Source: Planctomycetota bacterium
GTDB taxonomy: Bacteria > Planctomycetota > MHYJ01 > WSZJ01
Assembly: GCA_038060895.1 (NCBI GenBank)
Contig: JBBTCT010000018.1
Location: 1-64,000, forward strand
Direction of reading: 5' to 3'
DNA length: 64,000 nt
Shown here: positions 25,616 through 34,114 of the stretch, piece by piece
Layout: every line of letters begins with the position of its first letter
Position numbering within the stretch: position 1 is the stretch's first letter
Translations under genes and position numbers: made by a program
The notes under the pieces: generated by a model
Told to the model about the DNA's origin: nothing
Seen by the model: only the letters and a program-made list of their open reading frames with translations
Databases searched by the model: none

Positions 25616-27694
25616 CTAGATGATATTCACCAGGTCCTGCAACAGCTCGTTCGCAACCGTGATCGTTCGCGTGTTGGCCTGGAAGGCCCGCTGCGCCACG
25701 ATCAGGTCCGTGAACTCCTTGGCGATGTCCACATTGGACTCCTCGAGGAACCCGCCGCGGACCGTGCCCGCCGACGACTGGCCGGGAGCTGCGATCTGGC
25801 GTGTCCCTGCATTCGCGCCGACCTGCCAGTAATTCTGGCCGACGCTGAGCAGCCCTTCGTTGTTCGCAAACCTCGCAAGCATCACCTGCGCGATCGAACG
25901 GGTCTGGCCGTTCGTGAAGATGCCCGTCACCACTCCGTCCGAACCGACCGAGAAGTCACTGAGCGTCCCTTCAGCAAAACCGTCGTTGTCGCTCGTGAAG
26001 AGCGACGACGCCGGCGCCGCAAGGGCCGTCATCTTCGCGTGGTCGGCATCGGCCGCGAGGGCCGTCAGCACGCCCGACACGACCAGGGAGAGGTCGATCG
26101 CCGAGCCCGGATTCTCGCTGACGAACTTGCCGGTCGCGTCGAAGTCGATCGTTCCCGTGCCGACCGGAGTGCCAAAGACGCCCGTCTGGACCTGGTCCGC
26201 CGCTTCCGCAAACCACCGGAGACGCATGCCGACCGCGTCCGGCGTGGTGGGGGACCGCTTGGACTCGATCATGTACGTGATGGCCACGTCGTGAGGCTGG
26301 CCGAGGGAGTCGTAGACGGTGACGTGTGTCAGCGCCGTTTCGCCCACGGCCGTGGCGGTTTCGTTGAAAAGCAGGAGCCGGTTGCCGCCCTCCGACAGGA
26401 CGACGTTGTCGATGGCGTTCAGCAGCCCTGCGTTCGCAGCGATCCGCATCGTGCCGGCGGTCGAGCCTTCGTCGATCCGCCTGTCGGGTGTCGGCCCGGC
26501 ATCGGACAGGATCCCGTCTTCCGTCCCGGCCACCACGCCGACCGCCACGCGGGAGCGTTCGTTGAACTCGAACGCGTCGCCGGCAACGGGAAGAGCGATG
26601 GTGCTGTCGAGCGGTGAGACAAAAGTGATCGTGGTGACGCCGGCCGCTTCCGTGATCGTATCGATCTGGGCAGTGTGGCCTGCGCCGGTGCCTCCCGTGA
26701 AGCGGAGGTAATCACCGGGACGGACGCCGGCGGTGACGAAGCTGCCCGTGAGGGTGGCTCCGGCCGTGGTGACCGTATCGAGGGCCCCGACGAAACCTGT
26801 GGAGAGGGATGCGCCCCAGGTGCCGCTGGAGAGGGAGGTATTGATCCCGAGGGCGCCCTCGATGAAATCGAGGAGGTCCTGGAGGGTGGTACCGGTGTCG
26901 TCGATCCCTGCGGCCGGAGGGCCGGCGGAGATTTCGAAGCGGCGGACGCCGAGGGAACGGCCGCCCTTGTCGGCCTGGAACTCGAGGACATCGCCGAGGG
27001 CGAGCGCGAAGTCCACGGGTCCGCCGGCGTCGAGCCGGCCCAGGTCGGTCAGGAGCGTGGCGAGCGTCGCGGGCGTGGCGCCTGTGACGTCGATGAGCGG
27101 CACGGCCGACTGGAGGACGTTGCCGTTCGAAGCGATGGGGCCGCCGCCGTTGAAATTCCCGTCGATGGAGAACTGGGACGTCGCGTTGGCGATCGTGAGG
27201 GACCCGAGCGGGATGGTGATGTCGGACAGCGCCGCGCTCGGCGTGATCGTGAACGTGGAGAGGTCGGCCAGCAGTCCCTGGACCTTGAAACCGGACGACG
27301 GGTCGATCAGGAGATTGCTGGCGTTCAGCCCGAACGTCCCGTCCCGCGTGTACAGCTCCTGGCCGCTTCCGTCGGTCAGGATGAAGAACCCGTCGCCGTC
27401 GATCGACAGGTCGGTATTGACCCCTGTCGCCACGAAGTTGCCCTGCAGGAAGTTCGTACGGGAACCGGAGACCTGCACGCCCAGGCCGACCTGCGACGGA
27501 TCCTTGCCGCCGAGATTTCCGGACGGCGCGGCGCCGAAGCCGAGCGTCTGGCTGAGCAGGCTCGCGAAATCAACGGAACTCGACTTGAAGCCGGTCGTGT
27601 TCACGTTTGCGAGATTGTTGCCGATCGCGTCGATCTTCACCTGCTGGGCCCTGAGCCCGCTGATCGCGGAATTCATTGCCCTGATCAAAGCCAT
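25616..27694 (-). CDS. flgE: Flagellar hook protein FlgE
   Basis: SGLRAQQ..IGNNLANVNTTGFK, YTRDGTF, LEESNVDIAKEFTDLIVAQRAFQAN. Confidence 0.95.
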   Translation of the reverse strand: MALIRAMNSAISGLRAQQVKIDAIGNNLANVNTTGFKSSSVDFASLLSQTLGFGAAPSGNLGGKDPSQVGLGVQVSGSRTNFLQGNFVATGVNTDLSIDGDGFFILTDGSGQELYTRDGTFGLNASNLLIDPSSGFKVQGLLADLSTFTITPSAALSDITIPLGSLTIANATSQFSIDGNFNGGGPIASNGNVLQSAVPLIDVTGATPATLATLLTDLGRLDAGGPVDFALALGDVLEFQADKGGRSLGVRRFEISAGPPAAGIDDTGTTLQDLLDFIEGALGINTSLSSGTWGASLSTGFVGALDTVTTAGATLTGSFVTAGVRPGDYLRFTGGTGAGHTAQIDTITEAAGVTTITFVSPLDSTIALPVAGDAFEFNERSRVAVGVVAGTEDGILSDAGPTPDRRIDEGSTAGTMRIAANAGLLNAIDNVVLSEGGNRLLLFNETATAVGETALTHVTVYDSLGQPHDVAITYMIESKRSPTTPDAVGMRLRWFAEAADQVQTGVFGTPVGTGTIDFDATGKFVSENPGSAIDLSLVVSGVLTALAADADHAKMTALAAPASSLFTSDNDGFAEGTLSDFSVGSDGVVTGIFTNGQTRSIAQVMLARFANNEGLLSVGQNYWQVGANAGTRQIAAPGQSSAGTVRGGFLEESNVDIAKEFTDLIVAQRAFQANTRTITVANELLQDLVNII

Positions 27695-27766
27695 GACAGT
27701 ACGCCTCGAAAGCGGGGTTCCTCGGTCGCTCGGAACCCCTTCCTGAGCCTCCCTTTCGGGGCCGGC

Positions 27767-28144
27767 TCAATCCAGGATCACGGTCGAGTCGATTTCGGTG
27801 AAGACCCTCTCTTTCAGGTCCGCCTTGTCGACCGCCGTCACAACCGTCTTGTTCTGCACGGACACGACCAGCCCGATGTCGCGAAGCAGGAAGAGCGAGT
27901 TGCGGCTCCCCTTTTCCGCTGCCTTTTTCAACGCGCCGTCGATCAGCTGCCGGTCCCGGTCGGAGAGGGAAATGCCTCTCGACTGAAGCCGCTGCTGCGC
28001 GTGCGCCGACCACTTCAATCCCCCCAGCTTCGACTTCAGGACCTCGGCGAACTTCGGCCCGCCCGTGACCGGCAATTGCCCGGCCCGCTGCGGCTGGTCC
28101 GCGTTCCCGATGCCCGGAATGTTGCGAAGAGGATCCATGGTCAT
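27767..28144 (-). CDS. Flagellar operon protein (TIGR02530-like)
   Basis: KWSAHAQQRLQSRGI, KGSRNSL, TVVTAVD..VFTEIDS; between flgD and flgE. Confidence 0.85.
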   Translation of the reverse strand: MTMDPLRNIPGIGNADQPQRAGQLPVTGGPKFAEVLKSKLGGLKWSAHAQQRLQSRGISLSDRDRQLIDGALKKAAEKGSRNSLFLLRDIGLVVSVQNKTVVTAVDKADLKERVFTEIDSTVILD

Positions 28145-28575
28145 ACCGCCGGCTCTTCCGCGGGCGCCGGCAGGAAAATCTGCGCGACGGCCGAGAGGCT
28201 CATCGTCTGGTCGCCGATCACGAGCTTCACCTGCCCGTCGAGGACCACCACGCGCGAAACCAGGCCTCCTCCCTCAAGACCGTTGTCGGTGACGCCGATC
28301 ACGGCCTTTCCGAGCAGGGCAGAAGCGCTCGCCAGGTCGCCGCTGTGCTGAAGGCTGCGGAGGGAATCGGTCAGGGTCGCCGCGCTCTCGATCTGGTTGA
28401 GCGTGGCGATCTGCCCGAGGAACTCCGAGTTCTTCATCGGTTCCAGCGGATCCTGGCTCTGGAGCTCCGTGATGAGGAGCTTCAGGAAGTCGTCGCGGGT
28501 GACCCGGGCGCGGGCCGATGCGGAATCCGCGTTCAGCAGCGATTCCGTCGGCGACATCATCGAGGTCACATTCAC
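28141..28575 (-). CDS. flgD: Flagellar hook capping protein FlgD
   Basis: FLKLLITELQSQDPLEPM, ASALLGKAV; AGGAG before GTG 28575. Confidence 0.93.
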   Translation of the reverse strand: MNVTSMMSPTESLLNADSASARARVTRDDFLKLLITELQSQDPLEPMKNSEFLGQIATLNQIESAATLTDSLRSLQHSGDLASASALLGKAVIGVTDNGLEGGGLVSRVVVLDGQVKLVIGDQTMSLSAVAQIFLPAPAEEPAV

Positions 28576-28591
28576 GGTTCGTTCTCCTGAG

Positions 28592-29767
28592 TTAGACGGT
28601 GACGTCCAGCAGGCGGGGAAGACGTGCTTCCGGCCGCGAGTCGGAGACAGTCTCCGGCTCCGCCTCCGTGAAGAACGGTTCGGGATTGGAAGCAAACGAG
28701 CCTTCCGCCCCGTTTCCTTCGCCCTGCGACACGGACACGGACATCCGGCCGAGCGTGAGACCCTGGTCCTCGAGCGACTGCCGGAGGTCGTTCGAGTGCT
28801 GCTGGAGCGAATGCCGGGCGGACTGCGAGTCGGTTTCCATGCGGGCGAACACGACTCCGTCGCGGACGGCGATTTCGATCCGGAGCGCGCCGAGGTGCGG
28901 CGGGTGAAGAAGGATCTTCACGCGACCACCTCCCAGCGAGGCCTGCGCTTTTACGGCTGCCGTCACGCGATCGACCGAGGACGGCGAGAGCGGACCCGAC
29001 GGCGTCGCGGAGCGAAGCACGGGGGCTGCCTGGCCGGACTGGGGGGCGGAAGCGGGAACGGGGCTGGACGGCGAATCGGCTGCGATCGGCGTCGAGGCGG
29101 AGACGGAAGCGTCTCGTGTCGCGACCGATCTTGCAGCCGCCGGCGCGGTCGGGGCGGAGAGATTCGGCACGGCGGCGGCGATTCCGGTGGATTCCGGAAC
29201 CTCCGACACCGGCGCGAGCTCACCGCTCGGGCCCGGCACGGTTTCAATTCCCTGGGACGAACTGACGACGGAAGTTCCCTTCGACGTCACGAACTGACCG
29301 GCGACCGGAAGAACCGGCACGACGGAGGACACCGCTCCCTCGAAGACGCAATCCTGGGCGGGAGCGAGGCTCCCGGCACCCGGTGCGCCTCCGACCGTCC
29401 CTGCCGAGAATGCAGGTGCGGTCTCGGGCCTGGGAGACGGGTGGAACGATTGACGACTCTCCGGAGAGCGGGGTTCTACCTGCTGCCGGATCGGGGGATG
29501 CGCATCGGTCGACTCTTCCGGCCGATTTGCCTCCCGGCTCCGGGGAGCGGGCGTTTCGTCGGGACGAATTGTGTCCGTGACGTCACGACCAGCGTCCGGT
29601 CGATCCTGTGCCCCTGCTTCCCGTGCGACCTCCGGCGATGGTCCGGCCGGAAAAGCCGAGAAGAGCGATCCGAGCATCGCGGAGAATTCCATCGAGGCGG
29701 GACGGTCGTCCTGCGACGGTGGAGCCTGGTCCGGCTGCCGGGATCCTGAAATCGTCTGAATCTGCAT
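28592..29767 (-). CDS. fliK: Flagellar hook-length control protein FliK
   Basis: Low-complexity Pro/Ser/Ala N-region; C-terminal ILLHPPHLGALRIEI...LRQSLEDQGL. Confidence 0.85.
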   Translation of the reverse strand: MQIQTISGSRQPDQAPPSQDDRPASMEFSAMLGSLFSAFPAGPSPEVAREAGAQDRPDAGRDVTDTIRPDETPAPRSREANRPEESTDAHPPIRQQVEPRSPESRQSFHPSPRPETAPAFSAGTVGGAPGAGSLAPAQDCVFEGAVSSVVPVLPVAGQFVTSKGTSVVSSSQGIETVPGPSGELAPVSEVPESTGIAAAVPNLSAPTAPAAARSVATRDASVSASTPIAADSPSSPVPASAPQSGQAAPVLRSATPSGPLSPSSVDRVTAAVKAQASLGGGRVKILLHPPHLGALRIEIAVRDGVVFARMETDSQSARHSLQQHSNDLRQSLEDQGLTLGRMSVSVSQGEGNGAEGSFASNPEPFFTEAEPETVSDSRPEARLPRLLDVTV

Positions 29768-29802
29768 TATGGTTCACCTCCTTTCACAGCAGTTGGAGAC
29801 GG

Positions 29803-29832
29803 TTTTCGGGGAGAGCCTTGGTGGGGCTCTGC
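29803..29832 (-). promoter_or_regulatory. Weak sigma28-like promoter upstream of fliK
   Basis: GCAGAG-N16-CCCGAAAA, same spacing as the other four. Confidence 0.35.
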
Positions 29833-29835
29833 GCG

Positions 29836-29989
29836 AAAAACGTCAGGGGATGGGGAGGGGCGGGATTGGGATGGGGGGATCGGGATTTGGGTCGGGATGG
29901 GGCTGGCAACTTTTCTTGACGGCCCCATCCCCATCCCGATCCCGATCCCCTCCCATCCCCATCCCGTCCTTCCCAATCCCATGCCGTTC
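29836..29989. repeat. GGGATN-arm palindromic element (family G, copy 3) upstream of fliK
   Basis: AAAAACGTCAGGGGATGGGGA...GGGATTGGGATG / CCCCATCCCCATCCCGATCCCGATCCC...TTCCCAATCCCATGCCGTTC. Confidence 0.85.
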
Positions 29990-30601
29990 TCATTTCCCAA
30001 GCGCGGCCTGCACCTCCTTCGCCTTCACCGCGTAGTCCGTTTCTCCCCGCTTTCCCATCGTCAGCATGGCGCCGACGATGTCGGAGGCCTCGTACGGCTT
30101 CATCGCCCTCAGGTACCCCACGATTTCTGCCGTCTCCCAGTCCGCCATCAGCGTCGCGGCCGTCTTCGGAAGGTGATTGCGCAGGACGTCGAGGTTGGAC
30201 TTGAACTTGTCGCCGCCGGCCGAAATCAGGGGAGCCGAGGTCCCTCCCGGCGCCGGCACAACGCCGGCCACCGGCTTTTCGGTCGTCTCCGCCGTCCGTT
30301 TCTCCGCCCGGACGCGATCCGCCTGCAGCCGCAGGTCCCGGTCCCGCGCTTCCGCCATCGCCACCAGCGTCTCCATCTCGCGCAGATCCCCCGGAGTCGG
30401 ACCCGAAACCGCCGTCACCGTCACGGGCGCCGGCATCGGACCCGCAGCCTCGCCGCGCAGCCCTCGCACGGCCGCATCCACCCGGTCGCTCGTGAGGAAT
30501 CCCCCGGCCGCCAGCGTCGCGACGAAAATCGCCACCGCGAGCGTCGTGACCACGCAGAAAACCAGGATCACCCTCCCGGCCGAAGTCATCGCCTTGTTCA
30601 T
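29990..30601 (-). CDS. MotE/FlbB-like flagellar protein (TM, coiled coil, MgtE-N-like domain)
   Basis: N-terminal TM; 'PKTAATLM...YLRAMKPYEASDIV'; follows fliJ. Confidence 0.6.
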   Translation of the reverse strand: MNKAMTSAGRVILVFCVVTTLAVAIFVATLAAGGFLTSDRVDAAVRGLRGEAAGPMPAPVTVTAVSGPTPGDLREMETLVAMAEARDRDLRLQADRVRAEKRTAETTEKPVAGVVPAPGGTSAPLISAGGDKFKSNLDVLRNHLPKTAATLMADWETAEIVGYLRAMKPYEASDIVGAMLTMGKRGETDYAVKAKEVQAALGK

Positions 30602-31050
30602 CGGATTCCTCCTGAAGCGCGGGACGCCGCGGAAGCCTCATCGATCGAGCGCTGCTCGTCCTTCAGCATTTCCACGGTCCACTCCGACGCGCGACGCTCG
30701 CGCAGGCGGTCCAGAGCCTTTCTTTCCTTCATCGAAGCGGAGAGCAAGGCGCGGGCTTTCTCGGAAGCGGCCCGGAGCTCTGCAAGCCGTTGCCTCTCGA
30801 TCCCGGCGCGCCGCTCCAGAGCCGCGATGTGCCGCTGGTGGGCCAGCAGGTCCGTGACCCGCAGCTCACGCGCCCCCTGGGCCGACCGCAGCTCCGTCAC
30901 GGCACGAGACTCCGCTTCCTCAAACCGCGCGACTTCGCCTGCCTGCACGTCAGCTGCCTGCCGCGCGATCCCAAAGGCGCGCTTTGCGCCTTCTTCCGCG
31001 GCGCGCCGCAGGTTCAGGAGAGACTCGAGGCGGAACTCGAAGCGCTTCAT
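30598..31050 (-). CDS. fliJ: Flagellar export chaperone FliJ
   Basis: MKRFEFRLESLLNLR, ERKALDRLRER, EQRSIDE. Confidence 0.9.
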   Translation of the reverse strand: MKRFEFRLESLLNLRRAAEEGAKRAFGIARQAADVQAGEVARFEEAESRAVTELRSAQGARELRVTDLLAHQRHIAALERRAGIERQRLAELRAASEKARALLSASMKERKALDRLRERRASEWTVEMLKDEQRSIDEASAASRASGGIR

Positions 31051-32372
31051 GCGGACCCCTTCGGCTCGCTCAGGGAAGAGCTGCCGATTTCGCGAAGTGC
31101 GGCGACGGTCGCTTCGAGGGACGATTTCTCCATGAGCGGCTGCCGGAGGAAAGCGTTGATGCGGTCCATGGAAGCGATGGCGCGGTCAACTTCGGGGGAG
31201 GCGCCCTTTTGATAAGCGCCGACGGCGATGAGGTCCTCTGCGCCGCGCCAGGCGGCGAGAAGGGCGCGGACGCGGTCGGCGGCGGCGCGGTGATCGGGGG
31301 TGGCGACTTCGAACATGAGGCGAGAGATGGAGGCGAGGACGTCGAGGGCGGGGAAGTGGCCGCGCTGGGCGAGGGCGCGCGAGAGCCAGATGTGGCCGTC
31401 GAGGATGCCTCGTGCCGCGTCGGCGACGGGCTCATTGATGTCGTCGCCCTCGACGAGGACCGAGTAGATTCCGGTGATGGAGCCGGTCGCGGCCTGCCCG
31501 GCGCGCTCGAGGAGTTTGGGCATGGTCGAGAAGACGGACGGCGGGTATCCGCGGGTGGCGGGCGGCTCGCCTGCGCTGATGCCGATTTCGCGCAGGGAAT
31601 TCGCCATGCGGGTGATGGAGTCCATGAGGAGGAGAACGTTTTTGCCCTCGTCGCGAAACGATTCGGCGATGGCGGTGGCAACGAAGGGCGCGCGGGCGCG
31701 GAGAAGGGCGGGCTCGTCGCCGGTGGCAACGACGACGACGGCCTTGCGCCGGCCCTCGGGGCCGAGGTCGCGTTCGAGGAAGTCGCGGACTTCGCGGCCG
31801 CGCTCACCGACGAGTGCGACGACGACGACGTCGGCCGCGGTGTTGCGGGTGATCATGCCGAGGAGAAGCGACTTGCCGACGCCGCTGCCGGAGAAGAGGC
31901 CGAGGCGCTGACCTGCGCCGAGGGTGGCGAAGGCGTCGAGGGAGCGGACGCCGGTCGCCAGGGCCTTGTCGATGCGGCGGCGCGTCATGGCCGGCGGGGG
32001 AGGCGCGTAGACCGGGACACGGGTTGCGGAATGAAAGGCAGGCCCGCCGTCGATCGGGTCTCCGAGCGCGTTCACGACCCGCCCGAGGAGTTCGGGTCCG
32101 GCCGGAACGGTCGCGCCGCCCGGAACTGCGACGACGGCGTCGTGGCGGCGCAATCCGCGCGTCTCGCCCAGCGGCATGAGAAGAGCCCGGTCCTCGCGGA
32201 ACCCGACGCACTCCGCCCGGACGCGCTCCGCGCCGACTTCGCAGACCGCTCCCACCGGGACCGCGATCCCTTCCGCTTCGATCACGAGCCCCACGACCCG
32301 CGCCACTCGTCCCGTGAGAAGAACAGGGGAGCTGTCGAAGAGACGGTCGGCCGCGGTGTCGAGGAAGTTCAC
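31047..32372 (-). CDS. fliI: Flagellum-specific ATPase FliI
   Basis: GSGVGKS, ALVGERGREV, LLMDSITR, GEPPATRGYPPS, ILDGHI. Confidence 0.96.
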   Translation of the reverse strand: MNFLDTAADRLFDSSPVLLTGRVARVVGLVIEAEGIAVPVGAVCEVGAERVRAECVGFREDRALLMPLGETRGLRRHDAVVAVPGGATVPAGPELLGRVVNALGDPIDGGPAFHSATRVPVYAPPPPAMTRRRIDKALATGVRSLDAFATLGAGQRLGLFSGSGVGKSLLLGMITRNTAADVVVVALVGERGREVRDFLERDLGPEGRRKAVVVVATGDEPALLRARAPFVATAIAESFRDEGKNVLLLMDSITRMANSLREIGISAGEPPATRGYPPSVFSTMPKLLERAGQAATGSITGIYSVLVEGDDINEPVADAARGILDGHIWLSRALAQRGHFPALDVLASISRLMFEVATPDHRAAADRVRALLAAWRGAEDLIAVGAYQKGASPEVDRAIASMDRINAFLRQPLMEKSSLEATVAALREIGSSSLSEPKGSA

Positions 32373-33079
32373 GACCGTTCACCCAGCAGCAGCCGTTCGA
32401 TCTGGGCCAGCTGCTCCGCGATTCCTGCGTCGGAGGATCCCTCGGCCCAGGACACCTTCGCGCCTCCGCGGCCGACCGCTTCGTCTTCGACGACGCGGAC
32501 GACTTCCAGGCCGTCGAAGCGCTCCGCCAGCTCGGGCGCGAACTGGTCCATCAACACCCGGTCGGCCGGGTGCACCCGGATTTCCAGGCCGCCGCGCCGC
32601 GCCGCAAGCGCGATCGCCGCCGCCACGTTTCCCCGCACGATCGATTCGTCGAGCGCCACTTCGCGCTTCACCACGGTCCGCGCAATCGCCAGCGCCAGCT
32701 TGATCACGCCTGCTTCGGCGTCGGTCGTTGCCCGGCGGACCGCGTCCTCGAGTGCCGGGCCGAGCTGGCCGAGAAGCGACGCCACGCGGGCCTCGCCGGG
32801 CGAAAGCCGGCCTTGCGCATCCGCGAGCGCGGCGAGCCGCGACTCGGCACGCCCCTTTTCGATGCCCTGCTCACGCCCCGCGGCGACGCCGCGCTCCAGC
32901 GCCGCGGCGCGCTCCGCGTCCGCCAACTTGACGATCCGGGTGGCTTCTTCCTTCGCTCCCCGGATGATCGCGTCGGCCTTCTTCCTGGCCTCCTCGATTT
33001 GCGCGGAGGCCTCGGCTTCCAGGTCGCGGATCTGGAAGGGGGAGGGGGAAGAGCCGGTCTTAGGTTTGAAAATTCCCAT
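32369..33079 (-). CDS. fliH: Flagellar assembly protein FliH
   Basis: AxxxGxxxG repeats, IRVHPAD, GRGGAKV; between fliG and fliI. Confidence 0.88.
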   Translation of the reverse strand: MGIFKPKTGSSPSPFQIRDLEAEASAQIEEARKKADAIIRGAKEEATRIVKLADAERAAALERGVAAGREQGIEKGRAESRLAALADAQGRLSPGEARVASLLGQLGPALEDAVRRATTDAEAGVIKLALAIARTVVKREVALDESIVRGNVAAAIALAARRGGLEIRVHPADRVLMDQFAPELAERFDGLEVVRVVEDEAVGRGGAKVSWAEGSSDAGIAEQLAQIERLLLGERS

Positions 33080-33094
33080 GGTTTTGGGGGACGG

Positions 33095-34114
33095 TTACAC
33101 GACGATCTGCGAGCTCCCGCGGCCCTCTATGACGATGTCGCCCAGGTCCTCGTACTTGCGGACGACTTCGACGATTCCCTGCTGCGCCGCTTCCACATCG
33201 GACAGCCGCTGCGGGCCCAGGTACTCCATCTCCTCGCGCAGGAGGTCCTGCGCGCGCTTCGACATGTTTCTGAAGAACTTGTCCTTGAGGTCGTCGTCTG
33301 CCACCTTGAGCGCAAGCCCGAGCTGGCCGGTTTCGATGTCCTTGAGGATGATCTGGATCCCGTGGTCGTCGATCCGCTTGATGTCCTCGAACACGAACAT
33401 CAGCTTGCGGATCCGGTCCACCATCTGCGGGTCTTCTTCCTCGAGCGAATCGAGGATTGAGCGTTCCGTGGAGCGGTCGGTGAGATTGAGGATGGTGGCG
33501 ACGGACTTGACGCCGCCGGCGCGTCGAAGGTCTTCCGCGAAGAGCGAGGACAGGCGCTTTTCGAGCGCGCCCTCGACCTGGGCGATGACTTCGGGGCTGG
33601 TGACTTCCATCTGCGAGACGCGGCGGACGACCTCGATCTGGCGCTGCTGGGGGAGGCCCTGCAGGATCTCCGCAGCCTGGTGGGCCGGGAGGTAGCTGAG
33701 GATCAGCGCGACCGTCTGGGGGTGCTCGTCCGACAGGAACGTCGAGAGGTTCTGCGGGTCCGCCTTGCGCAGGAACCCGAAGGGCGTCGATCGCGTCGCC
33801 GCCTCGATCGTCTCAACGATTTTCTTCGCTTCGTCCGGATGCAGCACCCGGGAGAGCAGGTCGCGCGCCGCGGGAAGCCCGCCCTGCGCCGTCACGTCCA
33901 GCTGCATCGTGTTGCGCAGGAAGTCCTCGAGCACCTGGTCGCGCTCCTCGCGCGTCACGCCTTCGAGCTTCGCGATCTCAACCGAGACTTCGCGGAGCAT
34001 TTCCTTGTCCATCTCCCCGAGGATTTTCGCCGCGAGGTCAGGATCGATGGACACCAGCAGCACCGCACTCTTGCGGATGCCCGACTGTTCCAGCGCTTTA
34101 GCGGGACTCATCAC
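33095..34114 (-). CDS. fliG: Flagellar motor switch protein FliG
   Basis: KSAVLL, PFGFL, EHPQTVALIL, MFVFEDI, RNMSKRA. Confidence 0.96.
   Translation of the reverse strand: MMSPAKALEQSGIRKSAVLLVSIDPDLAAKILGEMDKEMLREVSVEIAKLEGVTREERDQVLEDFLRNTMQLDVTAQGGLPAARDLLSRVLHPDEAKKIVETIEAATRSTPFGFLRKADPQNLSTFLSDEHPQTVALILSYLPAHQAAEILQGLPQQRQIEVVRRVSQMEVTSPEVIAQVEGALEKRLSSLFAEDLRRAGGVKSVATILNLTDRSTERSILDSLEEEDPQMVDRIRKLMFVFEDIKRIDDHGIQIILKDIETGQLGLALKVADDDLKDKFFRNMSKRAQDLLREEMEYLGPQRLSDVEAAQQGIVEVVRKYEDLGDIVIEGRGSSQIVV

Noticed and set aside
27714-27766. Two hairpins and a possible sigma28 promoter (GCTCAG-N16-ACCGAGGA) before flgE
   Set aside because: The -10 match is too weak and no riboswitch consensus is recognisable.
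30984-33695. 903-aa plus-strand ORF and other long antisense ORFs (5820-7949, 16146-17738, 26675-28351, 41879-43882, 51155-52723)
   Set aside because: Shadows of well-supported opposite-strand genes in high-GC DNA; no recognisable motifs.
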